Of a DNA stretch of 64,000 nt, positions 35,486 to 44,969 are shown in pieces. The stretch's first letter is position 1; the number at the start of each line of letters is the position of its first letter. The notes under the pieces were generated by a model that had not been told where the DNA came from, did no database searches, and was given only the letters and a program-made list of their open reading frames with translations. The position numbers and the translations under genes were made by a program. This DNA comes from an uncultured Eubacteriales bacterium (GTDB taxonomy: Bacteria > Acidobacteriota > Aminicenantia > Aminicenantales > Aminicenantaceae): NCBI GenBank assembly GCA_964429795.1, contig CAYSCW010000002.1:23431-87430 (forward strand), written 5' to 3'.

Positions 35486-36688
35486 ATGGATCAAGCCGCA
35501 ATCGAAAGAGCCAAGGAATATTTTGCCCAAATTGTCGAAGAACAGCTCAACAGAGTCGAAGAAATCAAGAAGGCTGCTGATTGGATTGATTATTCTCAGC
35601 TCAAACCCATCATCATCGGAATCATTGGCGGCGACGGAATCGGTCCCTATATAGCCAAAGAAGCTCGTCGAATCCTGGGATTTCTTCTGGATGAAGGCAT
35701 AAAGACGGGAAAAATAGAAATACGCGATATTGAAGGTCTGACCATTGAAAATCGAGCCAAACACAACAAAGCTATCCCTGACGACGTCTTGGAAGAGATT
35801 AAGAAATGTCATGTCACCCTGAAAGGCCCCACGACCACTCCGAGAAGAGGAGATCCCTGGCCTAATATCGAGAGCGCAAATGTGGCCATGCGCCGCTATC
35901 TTGACCTTTTTGCTAACGTCAGACCTGTGAGAGTGCCCAAAGATGGAATCGATTGGATGTTTTTCCGAGAGAACACCGAAGGTGCTTATATCATGGGTAG
36001 CAAAGGAATCAACATCACCAACGATTTAGCCATGGATTTCAAGGTCATCACCACTCAAGGCTCAGAGAGGATCATCCATTTGGCATTTGAGTACGCCAAG
36101 AAGAACAACATTAACCGCGTGACTATCGTGACCAAAGCCAACGTGATTAAAACATCTGACGGAAAATTTTTGGACATCGGCTATAAAATCGCCAAAGAAT
36201 ACCCCGGGATTGAAGCCGATGATTGGTATATTGACATCATGACTGCTAAACTGGTCGACCCCAAGCGCAGAACTCAGTTCAGAGTCATGGTTCTCCCCAA
36301 TCTTTACGGTGACATCCTTACCGATGAGGCTGCTGAATTCCAAGGAGGTGTGGGCACAGCTGGAAGTGCAAACATCGGAAAACGCTACGCCATGTTTGAG
36401 GCCATCCATGGTTCTGCCCCCCGGATGGTCAGGGAAGGCCGTGCCAAATATGCTGACCCCAGCAGTTTGATTCGAGCTGCGGCTTTTCTCATCAACCACA
36501 TCGGCTATCCTGAAAAAAGTAAAAATTTGGAGATGGCTTTGGATGTCTGTGGACAGCATGAGAAGAAATTGGTGATCACGGGAAGAGACACCGGATGCAC
36601 AGGAGCTGAGTTTGCAGATTATCTTATGGATACAATTCAGGATCCTCAGATAAAGGAGAAGTGGGAAAAATATCAGCAAAGAGCCTGA
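35486..36688 (+). CDS. icd: Isocitrate dehydrogenase (isocitrate/isopropylmalate dehydrogenase family)
   Basis: 400 aa. IIGIIGGDGIGPYIAKEA, ...NLYGDILTDEAAEFQGGVGTAGSANIG..., a beta-decarboxylating dehydrogenase signature. Divergent from acnB. Confidence 0.8.
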   Translation: MDQAAIERAKEYFAQIVEEQLNRVEEIKKAADWIDYSQLKPIIIGIIGGDGIGPYIAKEARRILGFLLDEGIKTGKIEIRDIEGLTIENRAKHNKAIPDDVLEEIKKCHVTLKGPTTTPRRGDPWPNIESANVAMRRYLDLFANVRPVRVPKDGIDWMFFRENTEGAYIMGSKGINITNDLAMDFKVITTQGSERIIHLAFEYAKKNNINRVTIVTKANVIKTSDGKFLDIGYKIAKEYPGIEADDWYIDIMTAKLVDPKRRTQFRVMVLPNLYGDILTDEAAEFQGGVGTAGSANIGKRYAMFEAIHGSAPRMVREGRAKYADPSSLIRAAAFLINHIGYPEKSKNLEMALDVCGQHEKKLVITGRDTGCTGAEFADYLMDTIQDPQIKEKWEKYQQRA

Positions 36689-36864
36689 CAGGAGAGAGTT
36701 TCTTGACTCCAGATTTGATTTGAATTATATTCAGCACAGAATTTTAAACCTTATTTAGCCATTCCAAACTTCAAATGTCTGAGAAGCTGAAGACGGACAG
36801 GAAGGAGAAACAAGAGATTAACAAAGCAAATCATTTTTATAATTAATTGAAGGGAGGTAATATT

Positions 36865-37791
36865 ATGAGAAAAAAGATATCTGTCATCGGATCTGGTCAT
36901 GTTGGCGAAGTCACAGCCTTCAAAATCGCTGAGAAAGAACTGGGTGATGTGGTTCTCCTCGATGTTATTGAAGATATGCCCATCGGAAAAGGTCTGGATA
37001 TGCTCGAAGGCGGTCCTGTTGGAAAGTATGACTCATCGATCATAGGGAGTAATGCCTATGAAGATACGGCGAACTCCGATATTGTGGTCATTACGGCTGG
37101 AGTCCCTCGTAAACCTGGAATGAGTCGTGATGAGCTGGTGGGAACGAATTTCGGCATAGTCAAGTCTGTCACCGAAAAGGTGGCTGAACAATCGCCCAAT
37201 GCCATACTCCTTGTCGTCAGCAATCCTCTTGATGCCATGGTGTATACAGCGTTTAAAGTGAGCGGATTTCCTAAAAACAGAGTCTTTGGTATGGCCGGAA
37301 TACTGGATACCACACGATTCCGTGCTTTCATTTCTATGGAACTCAAAGTTTCTGTAGAGAACATCCAAGCTCTTGTTTTGGGAGGTCATGGAGACACCAT
37401 GGTGCCCATCGCACGTTATACCACTATCTCCGGCATTCCCCTCAGCCATTTTCTTCCACAAGACAGGATTGATGCCATAATCGAGAGGACCAGAAAAGGC
37501 GGCGGTGAAATAGTCAAGTATCTCAAAACAGGGAGTGCTTATTATGCACCCTCCTTAGCAGTGACAGAGATGGTTGAATCCATAGTCAGGGATAAGAAAA
37601 AAATATTACCCTGTGCGGCTTATCTTGAAGGAGAATATGGAATCAAGGACCTCTACTTTGGTGTTCCCATCAAATTGGGAGCCAAGGGAGTTGAGGAGAT
37701 AATCGAGATCGACCTGACAGATGAAGAGAAGGAAGCCATCAAAAGCTCAGAGGCTGCCGTGCGAAGCGTAATCGATCTGCTTAAGTTCTGA
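36865..37791 (+). CDS. mdh: Malate dehydrogenase (LDH-like family)
   Basis: [22 protein letters not shown]...[23 protein letters not shown]...GGHGDTMVP... Start set to the ATG at 36865, preceded by GAAGGGAGG. Confidence 0.9.
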   Translation: MRKKISVIGSGHVGEVTAFKIAEKELGDVVLLDVIEDMPIGKGLDMLEGGPVGKYDSSIIGSNAYEDTANSDIVVITAGVPRKPGMSRDELVGTNFGIVKSVTEKVAEQSPNAILLVVSNPLDAMVYTAFKVSGFPKNRVFGMAGILDTTRFRAFISMELKVSVENIQALVLGGHGDTMVPIARYTTISGIPLSHFLPQDRIDAIIERTRKGGGEIVKYLKTGSAYYAPSLAVTEMVESIVRDKKKILPCAAYLEGEYGIKDLYFGVPIKLGAKGVEEIIEIDLTDEEKEAIKSSEAAVRSVIDLLKF

Positions 37792-37794
37792 AAA

Positions 37795-38349
37795 ATGACT
37801 GAACACAGAATCAAAACTCCAGTTTCAGATGAAATTATCGCTAAGATGCAAGCCGGAGACAGAGTGTACATCACTGGATACCTTTACACGGGGAGAGATT
37901 CAGCTCACAAGAAATTGATCGAATTGGTCAATGAAGGGAGAGAACTTCCCATAGATGTTAAAGGACAGTTCATGTATTATGTTGGTCCCACTCCTGCACG
38001 TCCGGGAAAACCCATCGGCTCTGCCGGTCCAACCACCAGCTACAGGATGGATTCCTATGCTCCTACCTTGCATGCTCTCGGTCTCAAAGGGACTATCGGA
38101 AAGGGATCCAGAAGCGAAGAAGTCAAAGAAGCTCTAAAAAAGCACAAGGCTGTCTATCTTGCCGCTGTTGGTGGAGCAGGAGCTTTGATCTCCAAAAGTA
38201 TAGAGGACTCAGAAGTCATCGCTTATCCAGAGCTTGGCCCAGAGGCCATCCGGAAGGTAAAAGTCAAGGATTTCCCCTGTATCGTTATCAATGATATGTA
38301 TGGCGGTGATCTCTACGAAGAAGGAAAGAAAAAATACCGGAGAGAATAG
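37795..38349 (+). CDS. Class I (Fe-S) fumarate hydratase, beta subunit only (no alpha subunit in window)
   Basis: 184 aa. ...VYITGYLYTGRDSAHKKL...YYVGPTPARPGKPIGSAGPTTSYRMDSYAPTLHALGLKGTIGKGSRS... is the C-terminal-domain (beta) pattern of the tartrate/fumarate Fe-S hydro-lyase family. Confidence 0.78.
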   Translation: MTEHRIKTPVSDEIIAKMQAGDRVYITGYLYTGRDSAHKKLIELVNEGRELPIDVKGQFMYYVGPTPARPGKPIGSAGPTTSYRMDSYAPTLHALGLKGTIGKGSRSEEVKEALKKHKAVYLAAVGGAGALISKSIEDSEVIAYPELGPEAIRKVKVKDFPCIVINDMYGGDLYEEGKKKYRRE

Positions 38350-38479
38350 CCTGAACCACATTCGGTAGAAAGCTTTTTCTTGCTTTCTTGATCTGCCTGA
38401 CCTATTTATCCGGGATGGGAGGAAATCTTTCTCTATCCCGTTGATTGAGGCAGAAAATCGAACAAAAAGGGAAAAGATA

Positions 38480-39652
38480 ATGAAAATTCATGAGTATCAA
38501 GCCAAACAGATCCTTAAAAAATATGGGGTTCAGATCCCCGAGGGAGATGTAGTCGATACACCAGCCCAGGCGAGAGAAATCGCCGGGAAAATCGGTCCCA
38601 AGATTGTCCTTAAGGCTCAAATTCATGCAGGAGGAAGGGGGAAAGGAGGAGGAATTAAGCTGGCCAATTCCCTTGAAGAAGTCGAAAAGTTAGCTCAAGA
38701 TATGATCGGTATGACGCTCATCACTCATCAGACTGGACCCCAGGGGAAGTTGGTGAGGAGAATTCTTGTGGAAGAGGCTCTCAACATCGAGCGTGAGCTA
38801 TACGTTGGAGTGGTAATCGACCGTGCTAAAGAGGCGCCGGTTATCATGGCCTCTCCAGAAGGAGGAGTGGAGATCGAGAAAGTGGCTGCAGAAACACCTG
38901 AACTCATTTTTAAGGAATATATTAATCCTGCAACGGGATTTTTGCCCTTCCAGGCTAGAAAGCTGGCCTTCAAGTTGAGTCTCAAAGGAGAGATCTTTAA
39001 ACAAGCCGTAAAATTCATCCTCAGTCTCTATGCAGCTTTTGAGGCCACTGATGCTTCTCTGGCTGAAATTAATCCCCTTCTGATCACCAGGGAAGGATAT
39101 GTCATGGCACTGGATGCCAAGATGAATTTCGACGACAACGCCCTCCCCCGCCACCCAGATATCCTACAGATGAGAGATCTGGATGAGGAAGAGCCTCTGG
39201 AAGTGGAAGCTAGCAAGTTCAACCTCAACTACATCAAACTGGATGGAAACGTGGGGTGCATGGTCAATGGGGCAGGATTGGCTATGGCTACCATGGATAT
39301 TATCATGTATTCAGGCGGAATGCCAGCCAATTTCCTCGATGTGGGCGGCGGCGTTTCTGAGGAAGCGGTGAAGAATGCGTTTAGAATCCTCGTCTCTGAT
39401 AAAGATGTTAAGGCTGCTTTGATCAATATCTTCGGAGGGATTGTCCGCTGTGACCTGGTAGCCAGCGGCATTGTCACGGCGGCAAAAGAAATCGGGCTCA
39501 GAATTCCCATGGTGGTCAGGTTGGAAGGTACGAACGTCGATCAAGGGAAGAAAATTCTAGAAGATTCAGGACTTGCCTTTTATCCGGCAGAGAGCATGAA
39601 AGAGGCGGCTGAGAAAGTCGTTCCTTTAGCCGAGAAAGGAGCTTCACAATGA
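38480..39652 (+). CDS. sucC: Succinyl-CoA synthetase beta subunit
   Basis: [22 protein letters not shown]...ATP-grasp...[15 protein letters not shown]... Start set to the ATG at 38480. Confidence 0.95.
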   Translation: MKIHEYQAKQILKKYGVQIPEGDVVDTPAQAREIAGKIGPKIVLKAQIHAGGRGKGGGIKLANSLEEVEKLAQDMIGMTLITHQTGPQGKLVRRILVEEALNIERELYVGVVIDRAKEAPVIMASPEGGVEIEKVAAETPELIFKEYINPATGFLPFQARKLAFKLSLKGEIFKQAVKFILSLYAAFEATDASLAEINPLLITREGYVMALDAKMNFDDNALPRHPDILQMRDLDEEEPLEVEASKFNLNYIKLDGNVGCMVNGAGLAMATMDIIMYSGGMPANFLDVGGGVSEEAVKNAFRILVSDKDVKAALINIFGGIVRCDLVASGIVTAAKEIGLRIPMVVRLEGTNVDQGKKILEDSGLAFYPAESMKEAAEKVVPLAEKGASQ

Positions 39653-40518
39653 GCATTCTGATCGATGAAAACACGCGGGTGGTGGTTCAAGGAATAACAG
39701 GAGGAGAAGGTACGTTTCACACCCAGCGAATGCAGGAGTATGGAACAAAAGTGGTGGCCGGAGTAACTCCGGGCAAAGGAGGACAGACTCATCTGGGTGT
39801 TCCTGTGTTCAATTCAGTTTCAGAGGCCGTAGAAAAAGAAGGAGCCAATGCTTCCGCCATCTTTGTTCCCGCTTTTTTTGCAGCTGATGCCGTGATGGAG
39901 GCCGCAGATGCAGGAGTCAGCCTGGTGGTCTGTATCACAGAGGGAATTCCTACCTTTGACATGATCAAGGTCAAACAATTCCTCAAAGGCAAAGGATGCC
40001 CCCTTATCGGTCCCAACACACCGGGAATAATATCTCCCGGAAAGTGCAAAATAGGAATCATGCCCGGTCATATCCATTCCCCCGGGACAGTGGGCGTCAT
40101 CTCCCGCTCCGGAACATTGACCTATGAGGCCGTGGATCAGGTCACCAGCCTTGGTTATGGCCAATCTACGGCAGTCGGAATTGGAGGTGATCCAGTCGTT
40201 GGCTTGTCTTTTACCGGTCTTTTGAAGCTGTTCAAAGAAGACACAGGAACAGAGGCTGTTATCCTCATCGGAGAGATCGGAGGCACTGCCGAGGAAGAGG
40301 CAGCCGAGTATATCAAAGAAGAATTTCCCAAACCCGTGGTGAGTTTCATAGCTGGGCAGACAGCTCCCCCGGGGAGAAGGATGGGGCATGCAGGGGCTAT
40401 CATCGCCGGTGGGAAAGGAACAGCCAGAGAAAAGATGGAAGCCCTGGAGGCGGCGGGTGTCATAGTGGCCAAGAGCCCAGCCGAAATAGGAGATAAGGTG
40501 AAAGAGGCTTTGAGCTGA
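39649..40518 (+). CDS. sucD: Succinyl-CoA synthetase alpha subunit
   Basis: [31 protein letters not shown]... with the phospho-His loop ([16 protein letters not shown]). ATGA overlap with sucC. Confidence 0.95.
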   Translation: MSILIDENTRVVVQGITGGEGTFHTQRMQEYGTKVVAGVTPGKGGQTHLGVPVFNSVSEAVEKEGANASAIFVPAFFAADAVMEAADAGVSLVVCITEGIPTFDMIKVKQFLKGKGCPLIGPNTPGIISPGKCKIGIMPGHIHSPGTVGVISRSGTLTYEAVDQVTSLGYGQSTAVGIGGDPVVGLSFTGLLKLFKEDTGTEAVILIGEIGGTAEEEAAEYIKEEFPKPVVSFIAGQTAPPGRRMGHAGAIIAGGKGTAREKMEALEAAGVIVAKSPAEIGDKVKEALS

Positions 40519-40528
40519 AGATAAGCCT

Positions 40529-42232
40529 CTATCTTTTCCATTGCTTGTAAGGTAAAAGGGGAAAATCCTCCTTTTTGATAACCCTGTAGAAGGGAAAGAC
40601 ATCGCCCTTTTCTGGTACCAGATTGTACTTCCTGTAGCGTATGAGCCCGTACTGTGACTGGGGTTCAAGGAGACAGGGAATCAGGCTGGCACCATCCTGG
40701 GCGCAGCAGACATAGTAGTCATCCTTCTTAGCAAGGACCTGAACAGTTTTTTTCTCCACTTCAAAGGTTTGAGGAGGAAGATAGTCGTATTCGGCGGGAG
40801 CCACATCTGTTGCAGAATAAGCCTCCACTTCAAGAGCTGAGTCCTTGCTAAAAACTTCAACCTTCAGTCCGTGATGAAGGAGGGTCTCGATAACATCTTG
40901 ATGCACAGAAGGGATGATATAGCCCACAGGCCTTGCTACACTGATCTCCGGTTCCACTTTGGGGAACCAGTTTTTGACCACCTCTTCGACTGCTTTGTAT
41001 TGAGATGGATAAGGATAAGGAGCGATGTCCTCTCTGGTGAGAGGATCACCCGCTTTTTTGTCGGTCCTGAGAATGCCGCGAATCGGGGAATCGACACGTT
41101 CAAATCTTTTGATAGTCAAAGTGGGCTGTTTCGGGTCTTTAGCATACCTCATCTTGAGATGGATAAGATCATCCTTTCCAAAGACTTTTGCTTTTTCCAC
41201 AAGATTTTGTCGCAAAGTGCTAACCATCTCTTTGATTTCATCGGCATGAAGAGCAACTCTTTCCGAAAAAAATCTTATGCCGGAATACTGCCAGAGTGTT
41301 CTTTCCTTTAATGTTTCTATATCGTGTCGAGAAGCTCCCTCCTGGATAAAGGAAAGAGTCTCGTATATTCCCAGGCTGTTCCGGCCGTCGTTAAGATCAG
41401 TGGTGCTGTAGCGTCTCATCAGCTCGCGTTTTCCCACATCTTCTGGACGGTATCTGACTCCTGCTGAGGAATCAATCCCCATTTCCTGAGTGATGAAGTA
41501 TTCGTGGAAGGTGACTTTCTTCTCTTTGATTCTCTCTTCCAATTTTGAGAAAATCGTGTTTCTAGAAAAGCCTTCTATCTCCTGGCTGATGTTGGCGTTG
41601 GACACACAGCCGATGGAGATCCTGTAGTAGTCATCTCCTTTCTCATGGACATCCATGGTCACTTCCGGCATCCACGTTCCGAAGACCCGGTGGATGGCCT
41701 CAACCTCAGGAGTCTCCAATTTGACATGATCTCGGTTTAGATCCAAATCCTGCTCGTTAGCACGCTGATCGAACCAATTGCCGTAGGGATTAGCCTGAGG
41801 AATGATCAGAAAATTCAGCTTCTTGAGCAGAGGCTTAAGCTCTCCTGCGGCCAGATCTCTGATCATCCAGAGGGCCGCCTCTTTTGCGGATTGTTCATTG
41901 CCATGCTGGGAGGCGATGAGAAGCAATGTGGGTTTTTCTCTGCTGAGCTTATGCGGACAGTCTGCTCCTTCTTCTGTGATAATACAGAGAAAAAGATCCT
42001 TGGCGCCGTAATCTTTAGTCTCACGAGTCCGTCCTATAATCTGAACCTCTACCTCTGGACTAAGATGATCCACTTGACTGAGGAAGAGGGCAATGTCTTC
42101 ATTCTGACTGTAGCGAGTGTAGTTGACCTTTTCTCCTGGCGTTTTGATGGGCACTTCCTCCAAGGCCAGGGCTGAAAAAAATAAGAATAGATAGATTATA
42201 GGGGCAATTACCAGGCATCCTTTTTTAAACAC
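40529..42232 (-). CDS. Secreted M14-family zinc carboxypeptidase
   Basis: Signal peptide. ...LLIASQHGNEQSAKEAALWMIRDL...NPYGNWFDQRANEQDLDLNRDH..., the HxxE ... H zinc carboxypeptidase pattern. 567 aa with a C-terminal extension. Confidence 0.78.
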   Translation of the reverse strand: MFKKGCLVIAPIIYLFLFFSALALEEVPIKTPGEKVNYTRYSQNEDIALFLSQVDHLSPEVEVQIIGRTRETKDYGAKDLFLCIITEEGADCPHKLSREKPTLLLIASQHGNEQSAKEAALWMIRDLAAGELKPLLKKLNFLIIPQANPYGNWFDQRANEQDLDLNRDHVKLETPEVEAIHRVFGTWMPEVTMDVHEKGDDYYRISIGCVSNANISQEIEGFSRNTIFSKLEERIKEKKVTFHEYFITQEMGIDSSAGVRYRPEDVGKRELMRRYSTTDLNDGRNSLGIYETLSFIQEGASRHDIETLKERTLWQYSGIRFFSERVALHADEIKEMVSTLRQNLVEKAKVFGKDDLIHLKMRYAKDPKQPTLTIKRFERVDSPIRGILRTDKKAGDPLTREDIAPYPYPSQYKAVEEVVKNWFPKVEPEISVARPVGYIIPSVHQDVIETLLHHGLKVEVFSKDSALEVEAYSATDVAPAEYDYLPPQTFEVEKKTVQVLAKKDDYYVCCAQDGASLIPCLLEPQSQYGLIRYRKYNLVPEKGDVFPFYRVIKKEDFPLLPYKQWKR

Positions 42233-42310
42233 TTTTCCTCTCCTTTTCTATAAGATATAAATCTGTTTTTTTCCAGTCTTTCAATGTTTTTTGCTTTTTA
42301 GGTTCTTCTC

Positions 42311-43549
42311 CTATCTTCCAGACTGGCCCTCCTTCTCCTCCTTATAGAGTAACTCCATGGTTATTTCTTTTTCTTCACCCTGACGGAGTATGCGGAAACG
42401 GACTTCATCACCCCAATGGAATCGGGCCAAATACATTCTGAGTTCATTGATATCTGAGTATGTCTTCCCATCTACAGAAAGAATCACGTCTCCCTTTTGA
42501 AAATCGCTATACTTGGCTACTCCTTCGATGGGAGCACTTCCCAGAACGAGATTGTTCAGTCCTTCGATTTTCTTTAGCTCCAGGCCTATGGATGGATAAG
42601 CAGGTCTCTCCTCCTCTGTAATTCCCCAGACAAAGTCGGCTAAGCTCCTCGAGATGAGGAGGCTTTTTTGCTCTTCAGGAATCTCCACACAGATAAGTGT
42701 TTTAAAAGGAAGATGGTTTCTTTCGAAGGCACGGCGGTTGACTCCCAGGTTGTAGAAAAAATGGCCGGATCCAGCCAAAACAATCATTCTCTTTTCCTCT
42801 TTCTTGGCTGTTCGGTCAGTGTTGTGGGCCATGACTTCATCCCAGGCTGACTGGGCTCGATAGAGTCCTTCAAAGGCTATCTCCAATCCTTTGCCTTTCA
42901 TTTCATGAGGAATAGAGGTGCTTTCGAAAATGGTTCGGATCAGAATCCGATGTTCTTGGTTGGAAAGATCAGGGCGGGGAATGATCTCTTTTTCCTGATG
43001 GGAAAGGGCCTCCCAGCCTTGCATCCTGATCTTGTGGATCAGGTCGCGAGAAGCATTCAGGGCATATAGGGGAATCCTGTTCTCTTTTGCGAACTGAAAA
43101 ATCTTCTCGTAAAATGAGAAGTTGAGATTCCAATGCACATACCATCTTGACTCCCGCAGGAATTCTTCTGTAGTAAGGATGCCAAGGCTCAATTTATTCA
43201 ATACTTCCTGGCTTGATACGGGTAACATCTCCAGACCAATGATTAAATTTTTATCCCTTTGATAAAGGGTTTGGATGACCTTGAGCTGAATTTCATGAAT
43301 AGCAAGGCTGTTGTGTGTTTCACCCACGTAGATAAAGTGGTTTTTCATCATTTCCTGGGCCATTTCTTCGAATGATAGGGAGGATTCTTCCTGAACAGAA
43401 TAAATTTGTCCGGGAAAGATGGCCATGGTTTTGTTTTTAAGAATTTTGTCTCCGATTCGAAGAAGAAGGGTTTTCTCCTGCTCTTCTCCTGTCAGATTGA
43501 TTACAGTAAGGAAAAATATTAACAGGCAAGTGATTTTTCGGGCTTTCAT
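42311..43549 (-). CDS. ChaN/Tiki-family (haem-binding-uptake-like) lipoprotein with C-terminal PDZ domain
   Basis: Signal/lipobox-like N-terminus MKARKITCLLIFFLTV. HFIYVGETHN and IIGLEM... are ChaN/Tiki landmarks (GxxH, E). C-terminal PDZ LGLELKKIEG...GDVILSVDGKTYSDINEL. Confidence 0.65.
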   Translation of the reverse strand: MKARKITCLLIFFLTVINLTGEEQEKTLLLRIGDKILKNKTMAIFPGQIYSVQEESSLSFEEMAQEMMKNHFIYVGETHNSLAIHEIQLKVIQTLYQRDKNLIIGLEMLPVSSQEVLNKLSLGILTTEEFLRESRWYVHWNLNFSFYEKIFQFAKENRIPLYALNASRDLIHKIRMQGWEALSHQEKEIIPRPDLSNQEHRILIRTIFESTSIPHEMKGKGLEIAFEGLYRAQSAWDEVMAHNTDRTAKKEEKRMIVLAGSGHFFYNLGVNRRAFERNHLPFKTLICVEIPEEQKSLLISRSLADFVWGITEEERPAYPSIGLELKKIEGLNNLVLGSAPIEGVAKYSDFQKGDVILSVDGKTYSDINELRMYLARFHWGDEVRFRILRQGEEKEITMELLYKEEKEGQSGR

Positions 43550-43684
43550 TTTTTTCTCTTTCCAGTCAAAATTTTAGACTATGATATCTTTTCGTTTTAT
43601 CTACTGTCAATCAACAAGGAAGATAATCTTCCTTTTTCTCTTTTTTAACGTCTCGAATTATAATAAATTAACGGTTCAAGTGGG

Positions 43685-44872
43685 ATGGTCCCCTTTATAT
43701 TAAAGATGAAAACCGAACGAACCAAAAGCCAGAAGGCCATCAAGACTTTTGCAGCTGCTTCCTTTCTCAACGATTTGGGCTCAGACATCATCTATCCCAT
43801 TTGGCCTCTGTTCGTGACCACTGTGTTGAAGGCTAATATGGTTGCCCTAGGATTTCTGGATGGGCTGGGAGAGGCGCTGGTTTCTCTTTCCCAGGCAGGA
43901 TCAGGTTATTTTTCTGACAGGTTGAGAAGAAGAAAAGTGTTTATCTGGCTGGGATATCTTTTAGGTTCACTCTCACGATTAGGCTATGCCTTTTCATCGG
44001 CGTGGACCCATCTGATTCCCTTCCGTATCATGGATCGGGTGGGAAAAATAAGGAGCGCACCGCGGGATGCCCTGGTGGCCGATGCCTCCACTACAGCAAA
44101 CCGAGGAAAACATTTTGGCCTGCTTAGAACCATGGACCATTTAGGAGCTTTGTGCGGAGTCCTGATCTGCATTGTGTTTTTCCGTTTTTCAGGCTACAGG
44201 ATTCTTTTTGCTTTGGCTGCCATCCCATCTCTTGTCAGCACTATTCTGATCATCTTTTTGATCAGGGAGGGAAAATCCAAGAATATCCATTTATCCAGAG
44301 GAGTATCCCTTAAAGAGTTGAATCGGAATTTCCGGCTCTTCCTCCTTTTGAGTTCTCTTTTTGCTCTGGGAGCCTTCAGCTATTCCTTCCTTCTGATCTT
44401 TGCTAAAGAATTCGGGTTCAAGACAAGCTTTGTGCCTGTGCTGTATTTGATCTTTACAGCCTCCGCCTCTCTTCTTTCTCTTCCTTTGGGGAGACTTTCG
44501 GACAAAATTGGAAGAAAGTCTGTGCTTCTGTTTTCCTACTTAATCTGGGGTGCTGTTTGTCTGAGTTTCATCCTTGTGCGCAGTTCTGGGATGATCATCC
44601 TTGCTTTTTTTCTCTACGGAGCTCATCGAGGAGCTCTGGAGCCGGTCCAGAAGACATTTGTCTGTGAGCTTTCTCCCCCGCGCTTCAGGGCAAGCTCTTT
44701 AGGCATTTTTCAGATGGTCACGGGTCTGTGTGCTCTTCCTGCTTCTTTTATTGCCGGAATCCTCTGGGAGAGCTTAGGAATGATTGCGACTTTTCTCTTT
44801 TCGCTTATCCTGACCATGGGAGCCAGTGTCATGCTTCTCTTGTTGAGAGAGGAATATTCCTGTGAAGCCTGA
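43685..44872 (+). CDS. MFS transporter
   Basis: 12 predicted TM segments. ...FSDRLRRRKVFIWLGYLL... matches the MFS loop 2-3 motif (G-x-x-x-D-R-x-G-R-R pattern variant). Confidence 0.8.
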   Translation: MVPFILKMKTERTKSQKAIKTFAAASFLNDLGSDIIYPIWPLFVTTVLKANMVALGFLDGLGEALVSLSQAGSGYFSDRLRRRKVFIWLGYLLGSLSRLGYAFSSAWTHLIPFRIMDRVGKIRSAPRDALVADASTTANRGKHFGLLRTMDHLGALCGVLICIVFFRFSGYRILFALAAIPSLVSTILIIFLIREGKSKNIHLSRGVSLKELNRNFRLFLLLSSLFALGAFSYSFLLIFAKEFGFKTSFVPVLYLIFTASASLLSLPLGRLSDKIGRKSVLLFSYLIWGAVCLSFILVRSSGMIILAFFLYGAHRGALEPVQKTFVCELSPPRFRASSLGIFQMVTGLCALPASFIAGILWESLGMIATFLFSLILTMGASVMLLLLREEYSCEA

Positions 44873-44969
44873 AGAATGTTAGCTTTTCAGAAAGAAGTTA
44901 TGGAGAAGAATGATATTCAGCTTTTCCCCTTTTGTAGGCCTGCTTACTCAAGCAGTAAAAATCTCTGAT

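Noticed and set aside
44873-44969. Hairpin CTGCTT-actc-AAGCAG between the convergent MFS and EF-G-paralog genes as an intrinsic terminator
   Set aside because: It has only a 6-bp stem and is followed by an A-run on the plus strand and by GC-rich sequence on the minus strand. It is too weak to call.
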